From assembly GCA_951406725.2 (NCBI GenBank), contig OX597815.1:123752001-123816000 (forward strand): 64,000 bases of DNA, read 5' to 3'. The notes under the pieces were generated by a model. That model was given only the letters and a program-made list of their open reading frames with translations, had not been told where the DNA came from and made no database searches. How positions within the stretch are numbered: the stretch's first letter is position 1; each line of letters opens with the position of its first letter. Positions 52,791 to 64,000 of this stretch are shown here, in pieces. This stretch comes from Octopus vulgaris. Lineage: Eukaryota. The position numbers and the translations under genes are program-made.

Positions 52791-54744
52791 GTATCGGTAT
52801 CGGAGACTCTGAAGTCACCCATTATTACTATAACCTCATTAGCGAAGCATGTCAGTATACTTACTGAAGTAGTGATGAGAATCACTAAGGAACTAGTTGG
52901 CATGCAAAAATAGACTTTATATCAGAGAATAATATACATACATACCCCCACACAAATACATGCACATATCAGAGCGTTACGGCTTGCTCCAAGCATTGTT
53001 CCTTCCCTCTTTTTAATAGTTTCAGTCATAGGTCATACTAGGACATCATCCTTCACAAGCCTGCTTGATCATAATTGACATGGAGCTTATCATTAACATT
53101 AACAACAACTGTCACCATAAAAAGAACTAAACTTGAAATACCCTACTACTCGATTACGACATCTTTTGGTCCTTTGGAGGAAACGCCACCTCATCAATGT
53201 ACAATATTTCTTGTTGTTTTCTTTTGATATATTAATCTCTAAATGTGTGTTATAAAATGATTCATTTAGATCAGTGTAGAACTGATGCCACTCGCAAGGC
53301 TAAGCACTTCTGAGTTGACTTCATTATTTCTAAAAGGTTTATCGTTACAGAAAAATAAGCGAACCGCTATGTTTTACCGCCATTCCTTTTTTTTTTTTAG
53401 AAAAGGTCAAAATAAATCTTTATCTAGACGCTTCTTTCTTCTTGGGTGGTTTAAATTTACCATGGGCAACTAATATTGGTATTTATGCACGAATTTGAAG
53501 AAAAGAAACGAAAACACATTAAAAAAGTGTGTGTTAGTTAAACAAAGTATTTCGCTTGTATGTAGTATGTCCTTGGAAGCTTGTTTTATCGAGCAAATCG
53601 TTTATTCCTGCAATGTCTTCAAGTTTAGTGAAGAAAATAAAGAAAAAGATGAGCAATGATAAAGGTTAGCCGCGGTCATTCTCACTAGAAAGCACACACA
53701 GCATTGTTTGACATCTACTGAAGTACTGGGGAATTCGAACAGTTAAACAAACCCATGTAAATAGATGTCCTGGGTGTGGAGTTGATTATATTTGTAGGCT
53801 GACGCTCTGAGGTTGATAGATAGATAAACAGATAGATACATAGCTATAAGAAGGGTGATAGAGATAAATAGAGACGAAAAAGTGTTGGTAGTGAGATAGG
53901 TAAATAAATTAGGAAAGTTAGAGAGTATGTGAGTATAGGTGTATGTGCGTGTGCATGTGCATATGTGTGTGTGTGTGTTTGTGTGTTTGAATTTCTGTGT
54001 GTATGTATATCGCAGGAATAAAAATGAGGGTTATGGTTGTGGTGTTGTGAAAATGAGGTTTGAACAGTCTACCCTCCCCGCCAATGTAGTATTTTTTCTT
54101 TTGTGGGGTGGGGGTGTGTCACTTTGCAAGTTAAGTTATAGAAGCATGATGAAACGACATTTAAGAAAAGTGTAACTAACTCGATTCTTCCATTTCATTG
54201 GCTACCTTACTTATTACACCCCAGAGAACAGAGACACACCTATAACTGATTAAAATGTTTAGGCAGATAATAAATAACCTTGTAATTCTTTCTCTGCTGC
54301 TTTCATTTTCTCTCCCCCTTCACTATCTTCCCTTAACTTGCTTGCTTATTTATTTCAATAACAGGGGACTGTGTTCCATAACCGGGCCAATGAGATGTTC
54401 TCTTTATGTACTTCAGATCTTTTCTAAGTATTTTCAAATTGAATATATTTGTGGTCCATTGCGCAGTTGATGACATTTATTGTTTTGTGTCAGATTTACT
54501 TTCATAAGCATTGCCGGTAATAGAAATGGAGAAGTGGAGATATTTTTATGTGTGTACAACATGGGCAAATGTAAATAAATTAACAAAATGTGGGCTATGA
54601 TCCCTGTATCATAGTGTAAACTTTTACCCTATCAGCTGTGAGTTCAAGCTCTGCCAGGATGATTCTGTTTTTCGTCTATCCAAGTTTATTAAATAACATA
54701 ATTGGGATATTTGTACGATTACACTCCTCCTTTTTTATAATAGA

Positions 54745-55175
54745 CTCCGGCCATGCTGAGGCACCGCGTTGAAGAAATTTTAGTCAAGTCACTTGACCTC
54801 AGTTCAAATTTTCCCCCTTCTTTTGCAGAACACATGCCAACACCGGCGATAGGACACGCGCGCGCGCGCACATACACATACACAACAAACCACACACACA
54901 CACACCTCATTTCTACAGCTGAGTTAACTGGAGCAAAGTGAAATAAAGTGTCTTGCTCAAGAACACAACACACAGCCCGGTCCGGGAATCGAACTCACAA
55001 CCTCACGATCGTAAGCTCTACGCTCTAAGCACTAAGCCATGCGCCTCCACACACACACACATCCATATACACACAAGGGTCTACCAGATCCACTCGCAAG
55101 GCTTTGGTTGGCTCAAGGTGCCACGCAATGGTACTGAACCCGGAAGCAAGTTTCTCACCACACAGCTACGCCTGT
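54745..55175 (-). mobile_element. Composite: V-type SINE head (54907-55048) nested in a decayed CORE-SINE
   Basis: GTGTTCTTGAGCAAGACACTT on minus, flanked by CORE-SINE tail and head fragments. Confidence 0.6.
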
Positions 55176-55598
55176 ATTAAGAAAAGTTTTAATTTCCTGT
55201 TAAAAGTTCATAAAATCTACATTAATAATTTTCTCTATTGAAAGGTGCAACAAATCGGTTTTGAACGCTTCTGTCTTGAATGACACAAACATTCTTGTGA
55301 ATCATTTAACTTGATATATTCTAATAGAGAAATATATGGTTAATTAACCAATATACTAATGATTTAATTAAGCGTTCATTATACAGTTTCAGTGGATGAA
55401 AAAAATAACAAAATGCAAAACAAAAGTAAAGCAAAAATCTCAAGAGACTTTCCAAACTATCATTCGAAACTTGTTTTCGTATTTATTACTATTTCATTGC
55501 ATTTTTATTAATAAGCATATTTCCACCAGAAAACATCCGACATTGGTAGGTAACTCGTATGTAACTAATCCATAAAAGTACACACATACACGCACGCA

Positions 55599-55708
<110 letters not shown>

Positions 55709-56201
55709 ATATATTACTATTCTTAGTATTCTAAATGTCAAATCTTTAACTTTTTACTAGTTTCATTTCATTATAAATTAAGTAACGAGAAACAGTGAGT
55801 AATAAAAATGAAAAAAATGTACACGAAATCATGTTTTTTCTTAAACAGAATATTCATTGAAAGTGTCTGAAGCAAAATTAAATTTGAAACATGCAGTATT
55901 CAGATTCATTTGTTATTTAACATGTCATCTTGTTATAAATCTGTTTTGAAAATCTCTCCAAGCCTATTTCCATTAATGCTCCAATCATTCACACTTGTAT
56001 GATTCGTATCCACTATACTCAAGCATTAGTTTTTTTTCCAGATATAGGGAGGTTTTATTATATCTCCTAATTTAGGTTTGAGTACCTGACTGTGTACTCT
56101 CTCATGTAACATTTTAAGCATTCAACCTTCTCTTCGGCAAGTTTTAGAGACAATCATTGAGGAACCATTCATTTCTAAAATCTATTATCAAATTATGATA
56201 G

Positions 56202-56265
<64 letters not shown>

Positions 56266-56404
56266 ATGTAGAGCAATCTTCAGCTGCTCTACACTTTAAA
56301 TTGATGTAATGAAATGATTGCATTGTTCAATTAAATGGAATCGCATGAAACGATCGTACTGCATTACCTCTGGATATCCTTGTTGTGTATATATATATAT
56401 AATC

Positions 56405-56735
56405 AGCACAGGAGTGGCTGCGCGGTAAGTAGCTTGCTTACGAACCACATGGTTCCGAGTTCAGTTCCACTGCGTGGCACCTTGGGCAAGTGTCTTCGAC
56501 TATAGTAGATTTGGTAGACGGAAACTGAAAGAAGCCCGTCGTATATATGTATATATATGTATGTGTATGTATATCTTTGTGTGTCTGTATTTGTCACCTC
56601 AGCATCGCTTGACAACCGATGGTGGTGTGTTTACGTCCCCGTAACTTAACTTAAGTCCTGGGGTCGATTTGCTCGAATAAAGGCGGTGTTCCAGCATGGC
56701 CGCAGTCAAATGACTGAATCAAGTAAAAGAGTAAA
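56405..56735 (+). mobile_element. CORE-type SINE with internal deletions
   Basis: GGAGTGGCTGCGCGG...GCACCTTGGGCAAGT...GGCGGTGTTCCAGCATGGCCGCAGTCAAATGACTG. Confidence 0.85.
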
Positions 56736-56768
<33 letters not shown>

Positions 56769-57566
56769 TGTATGTATGTATGTATGTATGTATGTATGTA
56801 TGTATGTATGTATCTAAAGATCGTAACCCGAAGTGTATATCTTTGCATAACAGATAAATTTTTAAGCAACATCTAGGTGAAAATAGGATATTACAGAAAC
56901 CGTATATTTAAGGAATCTCTAATATATTTGGTGGGTTTATTTCCATGTGTAAATTCTTTCTGGCCATATCGTTAGACATATACTGGGATCTCAGAGATTA
57001 ATAAATTCTGCATGATTATTATCTTATGGGTTTCAAGAAAAGTACAAGAGAATATTTTTTGGACCAGTTCTGATGGTAGCGTTGAGAGAGCAATCAGATG
57101 CGATACATTTCGGATAATGATAACAGTTTGAATGAAATTTTATTTAGAGTGAAATATCTCTGAAACACGCCAGTTGTACAGACATTATGTGAATATCTTC
57201 TAGGGATTATCATATGCTTTTGTAGCAAGAATTTTAATTAAATTAACCATGAAAGTTTTTAAAAATTTCTTCCTCTATTGCAGCTGGGTTTTATAAACTA
57301 AAAGACTGAAGAAATAAACCCAATCCATGGAACTATGAAATCCATAAAATTCTAATTGCAGATAGTATAATTAATTTCACTAATTTAACAAACTGACCAG
57401 AGCCTTTGACGTCTTTATTCTAACTCCTGTAGCAGTGAATTGTAAATCTGTCGTCTGCTGACAAAAATAGAAGGAACGAAAATAAACGAACTGGAGAAAA
57501 AGGTGTTCTCTTATTTCAGGCATTTCTAGCTTCATTACTACAAGGCAAAGGGACACGAATTTACCA

Positions 57567-57631
57567 GACGACGACGACGACGACGACGATAACACCACCA
57601 CCAACAACAACATCATCATCAACAACAGCAC

Positions 57632-57666
<35 letters not shown>

Positions 57667-57732
57667 ACAACAACAACAACAGCAACAACAACAACAACAA
57701 CGATGATTATGATGGTGATGAGGATAATGATT
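57567..57732. repeat. Compound trinucleotide repeat (GAC)n(CAC)n(CAT)n(CAA)n in gene B intron 1
   Basis: Direct reading. Confidence 0.9.
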
Positions 57733-57905
57733 AAAAAAAACAACATTTCTGAAACCAGCTACATTTTCCCTAAATCATCAAAGAAAACAACAAAAGGAAG
57801 TATAAGCAATGAAAGTTTGAAGTGAAATTTTAAGTAAAAGGAAAAATTACTTTGAAATAATGCATTCCATAAAATTTTCTCAATTAAGAAATATAAAAGT
57901 CTTAC

Positions 57906-57984
57906 CTGAAGGTAAAACAAAACTGAATGTAAGCATCAATATAGAAACTGAGAGTGGACGTTGATGATAATCCGTTAAGTCCAT
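57906..57984 (-). CDS. Gene B coding exon 1 (signal peptide) of a second Ly6/uPAR quiver-like protein
   Basis: Minus strand MDLTDYHQRPLSVSILMLTFSFVLPS G|gtaag, phase 1. A possible upstream acceptor (ttccctttttatag, ending 58058) suggests a further 5' UTR exon. Confidence 0.75.
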
Positions 57985-58499
57985 GTTACTATATTTATTT
58001 TTCTGACGTAAACGTGGCCTAGACCGGATATTCAGATTACTTGTCTGTTAGGTGATACTATAAAAAGGGAAATTAAGTCTAGTTGTCCCTACCAGTTATT
58101 ACTAGATATTACGAGATAGATCACTGGATATATGTATATATGTAGACATACAAGTTGTTTTTGACGATTTGACATTTAATAGTGATCACACTAATGATGT
58201 GGGGAGTATTTAAAATGTTTTAAGGATTTCGTTACTGATGTCTTTGTTATATCCCCTTGTGTCTATATTGCAGATTTAAGAGTCATCACATGTAAGATCT
58301 GTCGATGTCATAACACCAGAGTGGCTGTGAAACAATGCAGTTCGCTTAAGATGATTAATTCTCCCGCTTTTGTTACCGAATAGTTGTGTGAAAGGAGAGT
58401 CTTTTAAAGTAAAACAGTGAAATGTTTGAGGTTCTGTGGTCAGTGCACCTATGCGGATATGTGCGTTTATGTGTGAATGAGTGAGTGAGTGAGTGAGTG

Positions 58500-58542
<43 letters not shown>

Positions 58543-58739
58543 ATATTTGTGTCTGTCTATGTATGCATATATTTTTATACATGTGTTTGCATGTATAGCA
58601 ATGTCAGGATATTTGTCTAAATGTGTTTACACCACGAAAAAGAAACAGAGGAAGCATGAACAAAGAAAAAAGTTGCACGCAAGTAACAGCAGATAGAGAG
58701 TAACAAAGCGAAGAAAAGAAGACATAATAAGGAAGAAAG

Positions 58740-58806
58740 AAAGAGAGAGAGAAAGAGAAAGAGAGAGAGAGAGTGAGAGAGTGAGTGAGTGAGTGAGAGA
58801 GAGAGA

Positions 58807-58903
<97 letters not shown>
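58740..58903. repeat. (GA)n/(GT)n microsatellite upstream of gene B coding exon 1
   Basis: Direct reading. Confidence 0.95.
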
Positions 58904-58904
<1 letters not shown>

Positions 58905-60264
58905 TTAATGTTGAAAGGCAGCAGGGGTCATGGCAGTAAGAGAAAGGCAGAACTATAGAAAGAACGAGAATTGTTGACTTTGAAGAGAGGAAAAGAAAGC
59001 TGTGTTGAAAGAAAGTTTTCCAGAAAGGTGCGATCAGTGTTTTGTTTACTAAGTAAGTATTCTGAGCAAACTAGACTTTCGTTTTGACACTTTAGAAGTA
59101 GGGGCTGCGGTATTCAATATAATTTAACTTTGAGGCAATAAACATTTCAAATAAAGGAAGAAGGTGATACCGGAAAAAGTGTTATTGTGCAACAATGAGA
59201 AGGAGACAGCGAAAGCAGAAGAAACAGCCACAAAATAATAGAACGTTGGCAAAAAGCAATTAAAACATGATAGAAACAGAAATAGTAACAACAACAACAA
59301 TGAAGGATGAAGTAACAGAGCATCTAAAGCAAGAGTATCTATAACAAAACATGCAACGGCTAATGCAACTGATAATGTATGGTAAAGGTGTTAGATGTTA
59401 GGATCCATCGGCAGGTTTCGTAAGCGGTTGAACGTTGTCCTTCTCAAATGTTTTGTAACAGAGTCTTTTTTAATCAGAAGAGGAATGGCGACACCCGTAG
59501 CCATTTTTAGGAACTTCCGAAACTGGCAGGCCGAACCGGAAAAATTTGTTATACCGCTGAATGCTTGAGGTAGGCTAGAGTTCGCTAATGACAACCCGGG
59601 TAATACTACTACCCACAGTGTTGGCTTAAGTCTACAATGTCGTCTATAAGTCTTTTACCAATAGTAAAGAACCGGCCAGCATTGAATAATATTTGAGTGA
59701 TTAAAAATTTGAGAGTTCTGAATTTGATTTCGAAAGGTATGGCCTTTCAGAAGTCCAAAAGTTAATTTTAAAAAAAAATAAGAAACATAGTTATAAGTGA
59801 AAACGAATGAGGCAGTAACGTTCATGCCTTTCTCAAGGCAGCGAGCCGCGAGTGAAGTGACTTGAATTTGGTCTTAGTGTTAGAGGTACATAAACTTAAA
59901 TATAGTTTCTATTCGTCTATGAACTCATGAAAGTGAAGATGATCAATTTGTTAGTGTACTGGATAAATAGACAATGATTCAGTGGTTTGTATCCTGTCAC
60001 CAGTAATACATTACATCTATTGCCAACATACTCAGCTGTTAAACAGTGAACTCACTTAGCCCTCATTAGCTACCGCAGTTTGGTGTGGACGTGATAGCTA
60101 AGTTGATAGCTTGCAGTGTTATGTTCAGATCCTACCATGGGCCTAGAAAAGGCAATGAGAACGCATTCTAGAAAAGTGGTTCTCAGATTGAGAGATCACA
60201 ATACGTCTTCAATATGCTTTTATTATGCATATTCAAAACATGTCCCGTAAACAAACTTAAAGGA

Positions 60265-60375
<111 letters not shown>

Positions 60376-60427
60376 ATATCTATCTAACTGTCTGTCTCTC
60401 TGTCTGTCTGTCTATCTTCTTCATATT

Positions 60428-60638
60428 GCTTTCAAATTTTGGTACAGGGCCAGCAATTTTGGGGAAAGTTTAGTCGATTATGTCGACTCCAGTGCTCAAC
60501 TGGTACTTATCTTATCGACCTTAAAAGGAAAGACGGCAAAGTCGACCTCGGCGGATTTGAACTCAGAATGTAAAGACAAACGAAATGCCGCCAAGCATTT
60601 TGCTCAGCGTGCTAATGATTCTTCCTGCTCGCTGCCTT
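60428..60638 (-). mobile_element. SINE family 2 copy
   Basis: Reverse-complement core AAAGTCGACCTCGGCGGATTTGAACTCAGAA, ending CTCGCTGCC. Confidence 0.8.
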
Positions 60639-61779
60639 ATATAATATCCTACAAATGAGAACGTGTTACAGTTTTGAGAATGGGGAGTTTGACTCGGTCA
60701 GCACAATTTATGACAACATATTTCATTGTTATATTGCCTGAAACTGCAGACCAATTTAAAGCTATAAGTAGCGAGCATGTAAAATGTCAACACATTTTTG
60801 AGAAGTAGACGGTAAATACAATTTGAGAAGTAAATAGGTAGACGGCAAACTGATGATTAATAGAATTACTTATAGTCTTTACTTCCCTTTCGAGTAACTC
60901 TTATTCCTTCCAAATTTGGATTATTTATTCAGTACTATTTAACTAACCTAATAGTTGCTGCTGCTGAAGCAAAACAACTAAATAGATAAGCCAATATATT
61001 TTCAATTTATAGATCGTACATAAATGAAAACATGAATGAAATACTCGTGGTGATAGAAGAGGTAGTGGAAGCCTTTGTATTATGAACTTAACGTAGGATA
61101 GACCATAATACTATTCATGATTAAAACCAACGTCTATTCTTGATGCAAGATCAACAAGACAAATGAGTACAATGGTATGACGCATTTGAATTCAACCCTT
61201 TTAGTACTATATTTCTATTAACATATATTACCTTTGTTTCTATTCATTCTGAAAATAAAGAATTTAATAAAATAACTTCACCACCTTAGATGTGTACGAT
61301 CATGTAAGTATGCAATGCTGGCTAGGTAACAATGATTCACTTTCATGTTATTGTGCTCGGGGTGTTTGTGGTTGTTGTTTCTGGTTGGCGAATGACTTCT
61401 TTATGGGTACAGTAAGGTTGGTGGCATAACGATGTTACATATACATTGTGGAGTGGGTTGATCCAAATCATTTTCATCTTCTTAGTCATAATATGTGTGG
61501 AAACTGTTCCTTGTACATTAGTTTTCTACTAAAGTCACTTCATTATAGTGTCTCGTTATGATAAGAGCGGTTTGGTTGGGCACGTCTCTCTCAAAGTATA
61601 GATGAGAAATACTGTGATATGTGCCAGTTACGAAGTTTATAATTGTAATCGCTAAGTGTTTGGAGTTCTTGCGGAAGCATTTAGAACTGAAATTTGCCTG
61701 TAATCAAATCCACCGTCCAAAATGTTGGCTATTCTTGAATAGGTGTAAGTTAAGTTATTCATATTCATTGCTTAACATA

Positions 61780-62560
61780 TTCTAAATTTTCAGAAGATCC
61801 GTTCCGTCTCCTGACAGGATAAAATTACCTTCACAGAAATCCTCTGTCGAACCAACACGAACAGCATCGAATTTACGCTGTATAGACACCAAAGGAAATG
61901 GATCTGTACGTTGTGCACAAATCTGATTCACATCATACCTATAGGATCTCCTACGGCCTACTACACCACGGTCGAAGCTTGGCTGGAATTTCAAAGATCA
62001 GCTGAAGACCATTTTGGCGAGTAACATCAAACCTTCAAAAGTGGAAGGCATTGATACTAACTGCTCTCGTTGGGTTTCTGACTGTTGGAAGCGGATAGAA
62101 GTTATGGGGGAGAAACACACTCAAGCACTACCAAGGAAATGCAGTAACGGGCGATATACGCAGATTTTCACCTAATCTCCCCATTTAGATGTTTTAGTTG
62201 AACGAAGATGCATACTGAGTGTTCAGATGTACACTCACCAAAGACCAACAACGGTCATCCAACAGTTGGGAAAGTGAGAGCTTGTTTTTGTTTAGCCATC
62301 TTTTTAGGAGAAAGAAAACTTTGATGTAACACCTGCGATCAAGTTTGCATGCAATGATGATTACTTCTTCCTTTAACGCAAATGTATGCATTGTTTAGAG
62401 AATGGCATTGACTCTGTGCAAAGCGTTTCCCCCAGGTACTTATTTAATATCTCTTTTATGTGTTGCATGCTATGGCTGGTGAAACTTTCAGTGAAAAATT
62501 CCACGATGTAAATTTGTGACCTGGATATAGAAACTGGAGGTTTCGAAGTAGTTGTCGATA
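61780..62560 (-). pseudogene. Possible ancient L1/Tx1-like RT remnant
   Basis: Weak. Minus-strand NKYLG followed by a frameshifted VKGR/VIIIA stretch, in locally less AT-rich sequence. Confidence 0.25.
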
Positions 62561-62642
62561 GTTACCCTTTTTGTTTTTGATTTTTATAGAGCTATTCAGA
62601 TCTGCTAGACAGCTGACCTCTTTGACGGTATATACTTTTTCT

Positions 62643-63690
62643 TGTATGTATGTATGTATGTATGTATGTATGTATGTATGTATGTATGTATGTATGTATG
62701 TATGTATGTATGTATGTATGTATGTATGTATGTATGTCCGTATGTATGTTTGTATGTATGTATTTCAATATTCAGTTTATTTCAAGATTTCTTGCCAATA
62801 GAGAAAGAATCGGTTTCTAACCTAGATCTAAGCTCCTTCATTGGAATGTCAATATCAACAACAGGATATTTTTGTATGTATGTATGTATGTATGTATGTA
62901 TGTATGTATGTATGTATGTATGTATGTATGTATGTATGCATGCATGCATGCATGCATGCATGTATGTATGTATGTATGTATGTATGTATGTATGTATGTA
63001 TGTATGTATGTATGTTTGTATGTATGTATGTGCAGATTTGCATGCATTATGTATGTATTCTCATGCATATAGTTGCATATCTAGACATGCTCATATATAT
63101 TTAAATGATAAACTTCTGGAAAGTTTTACAGATTTTACAGTTCCAGTGATGGATTGGATCTGTAGTCTTGTGAAGCCTAATTTCTCGAGATTGATATTTA
63201 GGTATTAATTACAGGTATAAACCTGAACTTGTAATCTGGATAGAGTAACTGCAGATTTCTCAATAGTTCAGCATAGGTGTTCTTTTTTTCACTGATCTTT
63301 AGCTTTATGTTAACGTCCACTGGGCTGCTAATTTCCACAACTGTGCACAATTTCTCTTCTCTATCCCAAATAATTATGTATGTATGTATGTATGTATGTA
63401 TGTATGTATGTATGTATGTATGTATGTATGTATGTATGTATGTATGTATGTATGTATGTATGTATGTATGTATGTATGCATGCATGCATGTATGTATGTA
63501 TGCATGTATGTATGTATGCATGTATGTATGTATGAATATATGTATGTATGTATGTATGTATGTATATATGTATGTATGTATGTATGCATGTATGTGTGTA
63601 TGTATTTATGTGAGTACATGTGTATGTATGTATGTATGTATGTATGTATGTATGTATGTATGTATGTATGTATGTATGTATGTATGTATG
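62643..63690. repeat. (TATG)n arrays interleaved with retroelement fragments
   Basis: Three blocks: 62643-62761, 62874-63030, 63377-63690. Confidence 0.95.
62762..63376 (-). mobile_element. 3' fragment of an RLE-endonuclease non-LTR retrotransposon (R4/Dong-like) within (TATG)n
   Basis: Minus ORF IIIWDREEKLCTVVEISSPVDVNIKLKISEKKNTYAEL resembles the PD..(D/E)..K..KY restriction-like endonuclease region. Whether 62762-62874 belongs to it is inferred. Confidence 0.7.
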
Positions 63691-64000
63691 TGCAGATTTG
63701 TATGTTATATATATGTATTCTCATGCATATATTTACATATCTAGACATGCTTATATATATTTAAATGATAAACTTCTGAAAAGTTTTACAGATTTTTATA
63801 GTTCTAATGATGGATTTGACGTGTAGTCTTCGAATTAGCTTTCTCCTTTCTGGTTTTGAGACGCCTAATTTCTCATGATTGGTATTTAGGCCTCCAATAA
63901 CATGCAATCTGGATAGAGTAGTAACTGCAGATTTCTCAATAGTTCAGTATAGGTGTTCTCTTTTTCACTGATCTTCAGCTTCATGTTAACATCCGATGGG
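63690..64000 (-). mobile_element. Second copy of the R4/Dong-like 3' fragment, running off the window
   Basis: Near-duplicate of 63030-63325 (GCAGATTTG...CTAGACATGCT...CTGCAGATTTCTCAATAGTTCAG). Confidence 0.75.

Noticed and set aside
57380-57746. Poly-L/M/S and poly-V/D ORFs resembling a signal peptide or acidic protein
   Set aside because: Compound trinucleotide microsatellite inside gene B intron 1, with no splice support.
62571-63826. MYVC/HTYI repeat ORFs, and THTH/CVCV ORFs throughout the window
   Set aside because: Translations of (TATG)n and (CA)n. Only the RLE-like peptide at 63198-63376 is meaningful.

Overview
AT-rich, repeat-saturated eukaryotic genomic DNA, most likely from an octopus (coleoid cephalopod). 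That assignment is inferred from the SINE families and the extreme (TA)n/(CA)n/(TATG)n load. Nearly all short ORFs in the supplied track are microsatellite artefacts. Reading splice sites by hand gives two convergent, four-coding-exon genes. Each encodes a Ly6/uPAR (three-finger, quiver/sleepless-like) protein with a signal peptide, a 10-Cys domain ending in CN, and a GPI-type C-terminus. Gene A is on + (1677-32378, 174 aa) and gene B is on - (57984-39215, 263 aa), and both have the same intron phases. Their introns hold an apparently intact ~7.1 kb CR1-group LINE (5291-12376; ORF1 Myb-like + CCCH, ORF2 APE+RT, 2.6 kb tandem array in the putative 5' UTR) and a 5'-truncated, frameshifted sister copy. 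Both LINE copies sit inside (TA)n. The LINE 3' end matches the 3' tail of the abundant tRNA-derived CORE-type SINE, including a hairpin with compensatory changes. Also present are six Helitron-type elements (one inverted pair, one helicase relic, one with a nearby empty site), Merlin-like and hAT-like MITEs, many Meta- and V-type SINEs, Penelope-like ends with a minimal hammerhead motif, and R4/Dong-like RLE retroelement fragments in (TATG)n. Family names come from motif recognition, not database searches, and SINE boundaries are approximate.
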